DNA of 17,445 bases from Candidatus Hodarchaeota archaeon (GTDB lineage Archaea > Asgardarchaeota > Heimdallarchaeia > Hodarchaeales > Hodarchaeaceae): NCBI GenBank assembly GCA_016839815.1, contig JAEOTM010000085.1, forward strand, positions 1-17,445, read 5' to 3'. Position 1 is the first letter of the stretch, and each line of letters starts with the position of its first letter. A program made the position numbers and the translations under genes. Under the pieces are notes generated by a model. That model was not told the DNA's origin, searched no databases, and saw nothing but the letters and a program-made list of their open reading frames with translations. Below are positions 7,583 through 15,653 of the stretch, piece after piece.

Positions 7583-10500
7583 TTGATAATTGATGGATTT
7601 TATAATCGAAAGAAACGCGCTATCTCACCTGTTATAGCTGTTATCCTATTGATAGGTCTTGCAGTTGCTGCTGTAGCAGCAATTTTCATTGTTGTACTAC
7701 CATTAATGCAACCTACGAGTGATTTAAAATTATCTGATGCCTATGTGATCTATGATGATTCCTTCACAAAAACTCTGGATAAAGGAGTAGGATATGGAAA
7801 GGGATCAATATTCCTTAAAAACGCAGGAACTGGAAAGATTGAAATAAAAGAAATTGCTATATACTATGGAAATACTTCTGCAGGTCCTTGGACCCAAATT
7901 ACGGATGTTGTGAGTCTACAAGGCATTACAACAGACAATCCATTCGTTCTCGATCCTTTAGCATTCGATGAGGAGCTCACCGTAAGATTTCAAATCCCAA
8001 CAGAAAATTTCGACGATAGTTTGACTTATAGGATGACCGTCACATCCAAAGATGGAACCACTCTTGATACATCGCGTGAAACAGATGTTGATATAGAAGA
8101 AATGGAATTAGATAAGGATCGTCCCAGTATTTCACCTCCTTCTAGTATTGGAACAAATGGGAAAATTCGTCGAACATTCCAACTCAGTCCAAATTCTGTT
8201 TCAGACAATTCTGAAATTAAAAATGTAACTTATGAAATTTATACAGATGACTCGGATCCTATTGGCTCACAAGAGCGAATAAAGACAATCACGAGCCCAT
8301 TTTGGGGCTGGCAATGGAATACGCTCAATTCAACCCTTGAAGGGTTAGATAATGGGTCGTACTATGTTAGAATGACTGTCTATGATTATGCAGGATTATC
8401 CGAAGTGACTGATGTAGGGGCTTTACAATTTACCATTGACAATGATTATGAGAAACCTACGATCTCAGATGTCACAGGAGAGAGTGTAAAGAATGGTGAA
8501 GGTATTGCTGAAGTAGGAGACTCATATACTATCACAGCAACCATCAAGGATTCTGGTTCAGCTGTATCCAGTGTAAGTGAAGCATTCATAAATTATAAAG
8601 TTAATGATTCAAATCCAGTTTATTCTGTCATTTCTATGAATTCAATATCAGTAGATGGATGGACAGGAAACATTCCAGCCGCTTTTATTACTGGTTATGC
8701 TTTAGATTATAATTTAACTTACTATATTACTGCTAATGATGATGATAACAATGGTGTTCAATCTACAAGTCAATTTGCAGGTGTTTTAGATTCAACACAA
8801 CCAAATTTTGTATCTCATGTTTTTGAAGAAGAATCCGTTATAACTCAAGACCCACTTCTTGGTACAGAAGGATTAACACTAAGTCTTTCCGTTGACGTTG
8901 AGGATAAAGATCAAGTACGAGATGTAGTGATGGTTTGGCGAGAACGAAATGATACAGGTATATCTCCCCAATATGGGGAATGGAAGGTATTTGGAAATAT
9001 TACTGGATCTGGTGATACTTGGTATTTCCGTTTACCCGCACTCAATGTTACGCTTGATGGATTAGAGTACTACTTTAATGCGACAGATATATCGAATAAT
9101 ACAGCATATGAGGGTACCGCCCTTTCTCCTTATCGAATAATAATTCCAGATGAAACAAATCCTGTTATTTCAGTTGTAAGTACTATACCTGAGAGCATTA
9201 CAGAAGGAACGGATCTTGTAGTAAGTACTGCAATTGCTGATAATGATAAAACTTTCAGCTGGACCTCCCAAGAAACTGGTTCTGTGGAACTCGGATATCG
9301 AAAACCAGGAGAACCTGTTTACACTTACATAGGTATGATTCATGTTAGTGGTGATTCATCAAGTGATGAAACAGCCATCTGGGAAGGTACAATTGGAGGT
9401 GGAAATTTCTCCATTTCAGCTACTCCTGTACTAGTTCAGATTCGGGCAATTGATGATAGCGGTAAAACAAGTTTACATGAGCAATCTATCACAGTAACTG
9501 CTGCTGGAACGCCCCTCCTTATCTATGTTTCAGGTAGTGGAGATGTGAGTGGGACTTCTAGTGAACAATTAGAATTCGATGTGAAGAATGATGCTTCAGG
9601 AGTTCTAGATGCTACAGCCAACATAACCGATATACAAATTGAATTACGAGATAATGGAAAGACTATTCTTGATGGATTACCAGTCGCAACTCAGATTGAG
9701 GCTCCTGGAATAGTTTGGCAAAATAATTCCGCATTTGAAGGAGCAAACAATACAAAGATTACTCTAGATAGCTCATTCCTATTAGCAAAAAGCGCTACAG
9801 TATCATTTACAGTAACATTTGCCAACACAAGCGGGGGATTTTACGATCTGAATGATCTGTCAGTTTACATTACTATCTATTATGACTCTATTGTTGATAC
9901 AGAACTTGATAGTTTTGATACACCATCAACTCAATCAGTTCCTCAAACAGAAACAAGATTTTTGCGTAGTAATGCTGCAACTGTGAACGGATTAACCGCA
10001 TACGATCTAGGTACGGACTTAACAGGATCGATTGCTGTATTTGACCAATCTTCAACTGTTTCGGGTGATCAAGCAATTACTTGGGGAATTCGAGTATATG
10101 TAAGACACTCAGATACTTCTGAAACAGAAATTACTAGTGGAATGGTTGCTACTGTCTCTAGAGGGGCCGGTGGAGACGCAGCAGGAATACAAACAGGCAA
10201 TTGGTTATGTCCTCAAACAGTATTATCTCCAACAGATTCGATTGTCATCGAAGTTTGGTACCAAATTGGTGGAAACTCCCCTGTTATTCATACTGAGTTT
10301 ACTACACCTCAATTAAGCGCCACCTCACTAGATGCTTCAACTTGGTCAGTTTCGTACTACACAGAAAGAGATAGAGCTGGAGGTTTCTTCAGTAGAACAA
10401 CCACGGCAATCTTCCATTGGGGTGATAATGTTCATAATAGTCGAATCGAGAATTTCAAGTATAGTAGTTCTGGAGCAGGTGCTATGATTATGAGTACTTT

Positions 10501-10606
10501 CTCTTCGGTTGGAGATGCTTTACCAAGTAATCTAATTAACTTTTCATCCGATAGAATCTCTCAACCGGCTTTTCTTTATGAAAGAAGGATTACTAAACTT
10601 TTTTAG
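7583..10606 (+). CDS. Large surface protein with archaeal type IV pilin/archaellin class III signal peptide and tandem Ig-like domains
   Basis: RKKRA/ISPVIAVILLIGLAVAAVAAIF is a classic prepilin-peptidase site plus hydrophobic helix. Recurring D-x-x-P-x-I/F domain junctions (DKDRPSI, DYEKPTI, DSTQPNF, DETNPVI). Rich in Thr/Ser/Asp beta-strands, about 17 N-x-S/T sequons by hand count. GGAGAG lies upstream of the TTG start. Confidence 0.85.
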   Translation: MIIDGFYNRKKRAISPVIAVILLIGLAVAAVAAIFIVVLPLMQPTSDLKLSDAYVIYDDSFTKTLDKGVGYGKGSIFLKNAGTGKIEIKEIAIYYGNTSAGPWTQITDVVSLQGITTDNPFVLDPLAFDEELTVRFQIPTENFDDSLTYRMTVTSKDGTTLDTSRETDVDIEEMELDKDRPSISPPSSIGTNGKIRRTFQLSPNSVSDNSEIKNVTYEIYTDDSDPIGSQERIKTITSPFWGWQWNTLNSTLEGLDNGSYYVRMTVYDYAGLSEVTDVGALQFTIDNDYEKPTISDVTGESVKNGEGIAEVGDSYTITATIKDSGSAVSSVSEAFINYKVNDSNPVYSVISMNSISVDGWTGNIPAAFITGYALDYNLTYYITANDDDNNGVQSTSQFAGVLDSTQPNFVSHVFEEESVITQDPLLGTEGLTLSLSVDVEDKDQVRDVVMVWRERNDTGISPQYGEWKVFGNITGSGDTWYFRLPALNVTLDGLEYYFNATDISNNTAYEGTALSPYRIIIPDETNPVISVVSTIPESITEGTDLVVSTAIADNDKTFSWTSQETGSVELGYRKPGEPVYTYIGMIHVSGDSSSDETAIWEGTIGGGNFSISATPVLVQIRAIDDSGKTSLHEQSITVTAAGTPLLIYVSGSGDVSGTSSEQLEFDVKNDASGVLDATANITDIQIELRDNGKTILDGLPVATQIEAPGIVWQNNSAFEGANNTKITLDSSFLLAKSATVSFTVTFANTSGGFYDLNDLSVYITIYYDSIVDTELDSFDTPSTQSVPQTETRFLRSNAATVNGLTAYDLGTDLTGSIAVFDQSSTVSGDQAITWGIRVYVRHSDTSETEITSGMVATVSRGAGGDAAGIQTGNWLCPQTVLSPTDSIVIEVWYQIGGNSPVIHTEFTTPQLSATSLDASTWSVSYYTERDRAGGFFSRTTTAIFHWGDNVHNSRIENFKYSSSGAGAMIMSTFSSVGDALPSNLINFSSDRISQPAFLYERRITKLF

Positions 10607-10614
10607 TGACTTTA

Positions 10615-10654
10615 GAGCTCAGTGTGTTGAGCTCATCTCCACTTTTTTCTTTTT
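10615..10654 (+). terminator. Hairpin plus U-tract downstream of the pilin-like gene
   Basis: GAGCTCA(10615-10621)-gtgtgt-TGAGCTC(10628-10634) followed by TTTTTTCTTTTT (10643-10654), starting 8 nt after the stop codon. Confidence 0.55.
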
Positions 10655-10687
10655 ATACGAAATCAGATATTTCACACTTGGATGATA

Positions 10688-11947
10688 ATGAGGGAACAGA
10701 AAGACTATGACTTAGTAATTATAGGAGCAGGTCCCTCAGGATCATTGGCTAGCCATCAAGCAGCATTAAATAATCCAGAATTGTCAATTGCTATTTTTGA
10801 GGAGCATAAACAGATTGGGAAACCCACTCATTGCTCTGGATTAGTTGCGTTGGAAGGATTACGTAGGTTGGGAATAAATTCAGCAGTCATTCGTAAGAAC
10901 CTAATGGTTAATGAGATAAAACGAGCCAAATTCTTTGCTCCAAACAATAACTCCTTTCAAATAAGGAGAACGAAAGATTCACTTATTGTTCTAAATCGTC
11001 TTGAGCTGGATCAATATTTAGCAGTATGTTCTGAGAAAGCAGGAGTACATCTCCATACAGACCATCATGTGAAAGCTATGAAATTCGTTGATCATAGATG
11101 GCATCTTTTTATTAAACAAAGGGATCATACACAACAATTTTCTTCTCAAATCTTGATTTCGGCTGAAGGATCCAGAGCTAGGTTGGCTCAATCGATTGGA
11201 ATGCAAATTCCAGATCGGAACTGGCTTTTTCCAGCGCTTCAATATGAAATGTCTGGTTTACATGATTTCGAAACTGACTGCTCAGAGTTATTCTTTGGAA
11301 ATAATTTTGCACCTGGATTTTTCGGTTGGTTTATTCCTTTAAGTGATGAATCTGCACGGATTGGAATTGCTGTAAATCCAGAATGTTCAGGTAGAACCCG
11401 ATTATATCTGGATAAATTCATCCGAAAACATCCTGTGTTGAACAAGCGAACTAAAAGGGGAAAAGTAATGAATTCATATGGAGGGGTTGTTCCTGCATCT
11501 GGTCCGATTAAAAAAACATATTCAAAACAATTTTTCCTAGTTGGAGATGCTGCAGGACAAACAAAAGCAACTACAGGGGGAGGAGTCAATATTGGTGGTT
11601 ATTGTGGTCGCTTAGCTGGAAAATATGCCAGTAAAATTCTTTCGGGAGATTATACAGCCATTCAGGGTTGTAAGACATATCAAAATCAATGGAAGTCACA
11701 TTTTGAACCAGACCTTTCTTTGATGAAGTATATTCGTAGAATGCTATCTTATCTACCTGATAAACTCTGGAATGATCTGATCGAAATTGCTAGGAGTACT
11801 CAAATTAGTGATTACATGGAATCTACTAATATAGACCTACATGGCCGTGGATTGATTAATTATGCTGTTAATCCCGACGTTTTGGTTAATGGGTTAAGAA
11901 ATTCTCCTCATCTATTGCTTAGTCTCATTAGAGGATTTTTACATTGA
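10688..11947 (+). CDS. Geranylgeranyl reductase family FAD-dependent oxidoreductase (DGGGPL reductase-like)
   Basis: YDLVIIGAGPSG FAD motif, GKPTHCSG, LNR.ELD, AEG, FAPGFFGWFIP, LVGDAAGQTKATTGGG. ATG 10682 or 10688. Confidence 0.88.
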   Translation: MREQKDYDLVIIGAGPSGSLASHQAALNNPELSIAIFEEHKQIGKPTHCSGLVALEGLRRLGINSAVIRKNLMVNEIKRAKFFAPNNNSFQIRRTKDSLIVLNRLELDQYLAVCSEKAGVHLHTDHHVKAMKFVDHRWHLFIKQRDHTQQFSSQILISAEGSRARLAQSIGMQIPDRNWLFPALQYEMSGLHDFETDCSELFFGNNFAPGFFGWFIPLSDESARIGIAVNPECSGRTRLYLDKFIRKHPVLNKRTKRGKVMNSYGGVVPASGPIKKTYSKQFFLVGDAAGQTKATTGGGVNIGGYCGRLAGKYASKILSGDYTAIQGCKTYQNQWKSHFEPDLSLMKYIRRMLSYLPDKLWNDLIEIARSTQISDYMESTNIDLHGRGLINYAVNPDVLVNGLRNSPHLLLSLIRGFLH

Positions 11948-11948
11948 A

Positions 11949-13304
11949 CTATTGATTTGATTGAAGACGGTTGCCGATCTCTTCAATCGATTTTACCAAT
12001 CCCTGACTTTGCTCCTGAATTTCTTTTAGATTCTTTATTAATTCAGAATTCTGATCTTGATATGACGACAAGAAATTAGTAAGAGGGCCAAAAAAGATTT
12101 GAATTTGATTGAGTTGCTCTAACTCGGCTTCGGCAGTTTCAAAATCACCTTTTGAAATTCTATTTTCTGTTGACGTAACAAGATTGTCAATGATTGATTT
12201 CATTCCCTCAATAATTGGTTTTACTTCTAAATGGTCAGAAGATTCAAAGGGGGTCATTCTAGTCTGAAGATTCTCTTTTACAAGGAGTAATTGATTTGTA
12301 AGTTTATCACCCTTCTTTTGGGATCTAATAGGGAATATCGCTGTTCCTAATGAAAGAGAGTTTTTATTACCAAGAATATCAGTGAATTCTGCAAATACAG
12401 GAATTTCAATAGAAATTTCATCAATCCCTTCTCCAGATGGACAAACCAATTTAAATTGTCCTTCTGTAATTTCATTTGGTTCTAGTTGATCATGAAAGAT
12501 TTTATCTTGTCCTGACACAATAGTAAGGTTCGATGGGATGTTAATCGAAGCGGTTATATTAAAAGCTGTTCCTTCACCGATATTTTTAAGTTTGACAGTA
12601 AATGGAAAATTTTCACCAAAAATTATATCTGTTTGATAATGGAACATAGTTTTGACCGAGGGAAACTTAGTATTTTCCATTAAGATTTTACGAGTCAGAT
12701 CAAGTGCTCTTTTAATTCCATCTGCAAACATAGCTGCGGGTTTAGTTGTCATTAGGTATTGTTCTGTAAAGTCTGAAGCTTGTTGTAATAATTGCGGATT
12801 AGGATTGGTCTTGTTTATTGCTGTAACTAAATTATAGGGGATATAAAGGCAACCTGTTGCTGCTTGATCAATTGAAAAATCATTAGATTTAATAAACTCG
12901 TCAAGGTGTTTATTAACATCCCAATCACCAGTGATAATTCTCAATAATGACGATATAGTCATACATGCGGCTCCTCCGATCAAATCATCCCAGGTGATAT
13001 GCTCTTGTGATGCATTAGCTAATGCTTTTGCCGATAATAATAACCACTGGAATTCGAGATTTGAATCATTTAAGAAGTTCTTGACGACTTGTGATCCAGA
13101 GTAATACTGATATGCTGCATTTTTGTATTGCCCTTTTCCATCCAACTCCTGACCATACGATTGAATAAGTTGGATTGTTTCACGTGCTGCTTTAGTTCTC
13201 TGGATTGAGTCTTGTATATTATTAAGGGATGCTAGCGCAGTTTGAACTTCATTAGCAGTATTAGATTTGCTCAAACGCTCAAAAAGCTCATTTACAAACG
13301 ACAT
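11949..13304 (-). CDS. Hypothetical cytosolic protein: helical TPR/SNAP-like N-terminus, central Ig-like (CARDB/DUF11-like) domain, C-terminal coiled coil
   Basis: Long ORF; GAGGAG at 13315-13320 precedes ATG 13304 (MSFVNELF), which is preferred over 13352. Central FTVKLKNIGEGTAFNITASINIP.NL.IVSG......LEPNE is a typical Ig-sandwich pattern. No signal peptide or TM segment. Confidence 0.75.
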   Translation of the reverse strand: MSFVNELFERLSKSNTANEVQTALASLNNIQDSIQRTKAARETIQLIQSYGQELDGKGQYKNAAYQYYSGSQVVKNFLNDSNLEFQWLLLSAKALANASQEHITWDDLIGGAACMTISSLLRIITGDWDVNKHLDEFIKSNDFSIDQAATGCLYIPYNLVTAINKTNPNPQLLQQASDFTEQYLMTTKPAAMFADGIKRALDLTRKILMENTKFPSVKTMFHYQTDIIFGENFPFTVKLKNIGEGTAFNITASINIPSNLTIVSGQDKIFHDQLEPNEITEGQFKLVCPSGEGIDEISIEIPVFAEFTDILGNKNSLSLGTAIFPIRSQKKGDKLTNQLLLVKENLQTRMTPFESSDHLEVKPIIEGMKSIIDNLVTSTENRISKGDFETAEAELEQLNQIQIFFGPLTNFLSSYQDQNSELIKNLKEIQEQSQGLVKSIEEIGNRLQSNQ

Positions 13305-13855
13305 GAGATTATTTCTCCTCTCTAACTTTGTGAAGTTAACGATCCTAATCATGAAGTATTGATTTTTGGAAATCTTTAAAGAAAGTTCTCAAGCTGAAAG
13401 CTGTAAAATCAATATTATTAATGCTTCTGAATTTTGTAAGTGTTTCTTTCTATGTTTAAAACTTTTTTCTTACTTAAATTAGCCTATTCTCGCAACTAAA
13501 AAACTTTTGATTATATTGTATTGGTTTATCAATCCAAAAATTAGAATAAACTCTAATTATTGAATTAAGGAAGATTCAAGAAGATCTATGACTTTTTCTT
13601 AGTTTTGTTCAGGTTTTCTTCTGAGTAGAATTGATTTCAGTACTGAAGTTTAATAACCCATGGGACCAAATTGATCTTTTCCTTCTTCATTATAATTCCT
13701 CTATTAGAGACATTTCTTTGGTGATTTGCACATCCTTAAAAGAACCAGACCATTCTTACGTTACTTGAGTGAAAATTTATTTCTACTAAATTTCTATATA
13801 AAGAATACATGATTCCTCAATCAAAAAATATTTTGAAGAGATAGAGTGAAAATTC

Positions 13856-13860
13856 GGAGG
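13856..13860 (+). promoter_or_regulatory. Shine-Dalgarno site (GGAGG) for TTG start 13868
   Basis: GGAGG-cttaagt-TTG, 7-nt spacing. Confidence 0.6.
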
Positions 13861-13867
13861 CTTAAGT

Positions 13868-14575
13868 TTGGTTTTTTTTCTCAGTAAAAAGGAAGTTGAA
13901 ATCCCAGATATTCTCAAGAAGGATCCAGCAGCAAAAAAAGCTTACAAAGAAATATTAGAAGGATTGGAAAAAGCTCTAATTCTATACATTTATGATTCAG
14001 GCCCTTACCCTCCAGATGAAGGAGCTCAGATCTTACCATTTACTGATCTGGCAAATTGGGCAGAAGAGGATTGGAAACTTCTTTATCCAAAATTTGAGAA
14101 AAAACGATGGTTAGTCATCTTTGTGTCACGCGGAGGCTATCAATTAATCGATTTGATTGAAAATAAAATTGATGACTTTGTTTGGACCTACTTCAAACCA
14201 CGCACAGAAGCTCGGGATTTTGAAGATGAGAGCATCTTTGAGGAGTATCGCGATCCTGCCTTTGAAGAGAAATTTGCTGATTACATGGATGAAAATGTAT
14301 CAATTCTGTTTGTTGAAGACATTATTTCCACAGGGGAAAATCTCGAAGCTGCATTTGATTATACTATGGAAGTTGCTGAAGAATATAACGTTGAAGTGGG
14401 TGATGTTGTTACTATTGCCTTGATTTCTCGGATGAGAAATCTTGGAACTATCCCGATATACGGAGTACAAACTGATATCCAAATTGATCTTCGATGTTCT
14501 TGGGGTAATGATTTACCTGATAGAATTGATGCTCGGGATTTTACTGAAGCCAAGGAGTATGTTGATGATCATTAG
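13868..14575 (+). CDS. Type I phosphoribosyltransferase family protein, highly acidic
   Basis: PRPP-binding loop ILFVEDIISTGENL, upstream IFVSRGG (cf. hhhxRGG of purine PRTases) and late xW motif (CSW). Confidence 0.75.
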   Translation: MVFFLSKKEVEIPDILKKDPAAKKAYKEILEGLEKALILYIYDSGPYPPDEGAQILPFTDLANWAEEDWKLLYPKFEKKRWLVIFVSRGGYQLIDLIENKIDDFVWTYFKPRTEARDFEDESIFEEYRDPAFEEKFADYMDENVSILFVEDIISTGENLEAAFDYTMEVAEEYNVEVGDVVTIALISRMRNLGTIPIYGVQTDIQIDLRCSWGNDLPDRIDARDFTEAKEYVDDH

Positions 14576-14789
14576 AATATTTCCACCACCTAATTGTATA
14601 TATTTCGCAAAGAATTATTTAGAGTATTCGCTTTATGAAATAATTTGTGGTTTATAGGTTTACATAAAACAACGGGAAAAATTACTTTTTTAAATAGGAA
14701 TTTCATATAATACTTGATTAGAAATTATAATGTATGGATTAGCAAAAGAATTTTCATATGAGCAAACGACGCAAGGAAAATGAATAAAA

Positions 14790-15641
14790 ATGATCGATAA
14801 AATATATATTGAGGCCGCTATAGAATCCTTAGATCTGGTTCTTCAAATTGCAAGCCACCTTGATTCTACGCAACAAACACAGAATATGAATGATTTTTTA
14901 TCTCAAATTCAATCAAAAGCTGAATCTAAAATCAGTTCATCCCTCGGAAAAACATTAGGAATATCAATACCAATTGATCAAGAAGGAAAGCCTCCTAAAT
15001 ATTGGGAAGGAGTCCGAGATATGGCGAAACTTTCCGTCAAAAAATGGTCCGAGATGAATAATATTCCAAATTATCGTGCGTTTCTTGCGGGAACGAGAGC
15101 TAACCTTGCTGCAAAGATTGGAATTCAACCTGTGGATAATCCATTAGAAAATTTTGTAGGAGATGCACCAACTCAACCAGTACAGCCTATTCCTGAAGCT
15201 AATCCATTGGAAGATATGCTCTTAGAACCTCAACCCCGTCCCACACCGACACCCGCTCCTACACCGACACCCGCTCCTACACCAACACCAGCTCCTATCA
15301 GCCCATCTGTTCCTCAACCCGAACCAAAACCTTTTATCCCAGAAATTACTAGACCAGAACCTGTCATGCCAGAACCTGTCCCTGCACCGAGGCCTATTCA
15401 ACCAGAACCGACTCCCGCAGCCATCCCTGTAATTGAAACCCCAGATAAATTGTCCGCATTAGATGAGGCACTCCAAGCAAGTGGTCTTGAAACTTCCACC
15501 CCTCCAGAACCTTCTTCTTCCCTAAGTGATATGCTTCTCGCAAAAGAGGATGGTGGGGAGAAAAGTGATGAGGAAGATGATATGCTTTCACTTTCTCTTC
15601 GTGAAGCTCTTAAGATTCTTCGAGATGAAGATGAAGATTAA
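14790..15641 (+). CDS. Hypothetical protein: duplicated helical N-domain, Pro/Thr/Glu-rich linker, acidic C-terminal amphipathic helix
   Basis: 283-aa ORF with AAGGA upstream and coherent domain/linker organisation; tightly coupled to the next gene. Confidence 0.8.
   Translation: MIDKIYIEAAIESLDLVLQIASHLDSTQQTQNMNDFLSQIQSKAESKISSSLGKTLGISIPIDQEGKPPKYWEGVRDMAKLSVKKWSEMNNIPNYRAFLAGTRANLAAKIGIQPVDNPLENFVGDAPTQPVQPIPEANPLEDMLLEPQPRPTPTPAPTPTPAPTPTPAPISPSVPQPEPKPFIPEITRPEPVMPEPVPAPRPIQPEPTPAAIPVIETPDKLSALDEALQASGLETSTPPEPSSSLSDMLLAKEDGGEKSDEEDDMLSLSLREALKILRDEDED
15243..15296 (+). repeat. 3 x 18-bp in-frame tandem repeat encoding TPTPAP
   Basis: ACACCGACACCCGCTCCT x2 exact (15243-15260, 15261-15278) plus ACACCAACACCAGCTCCT (15279-15296, 2 synonymous mismatches). 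Confidence 0.95.
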
Positions 15642-15653
15642 GAGGGACGAAAA

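Noticed and set aside
8026-11589. Minus-strand ORFs 8026-8208, 9888-10076, 11018-11242 and 11239-11589
   Set aside because: Antisense to well-supported pilin-like and GGR genes.
11949-12065. C-terminal heptad segment considered as a SNARE motif
   Set aside because: Only about 35 aa and no following TM anchor; indistinguishable from a generic coiled coil.
5568-14600. Stop-codon readthrough (Pyl/Sec) at the TAG/TGA ends of the aminotransferase, pilin-like, GGR and PRTase genes
   Set aside because: The proteins appear complete. Further in-frame stops follow shortly (TAG TGA after the pilin-like gene) or a convergent gene begins immediately.
12652-14657. Short ORFs 12652-12837, 14157-14423, 14300-14482, 14359-14553 and 14442-14657
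   Set aside because: Overlap longer supported CDSs in alternative frames or strands; no recognisable features.
15243-15296. Tandem repeat considered as CRISPR or mobile-element signature
   Set aside because: No spacers; the unit is a multiple of 3 and encodes a Pro/Thr linker.
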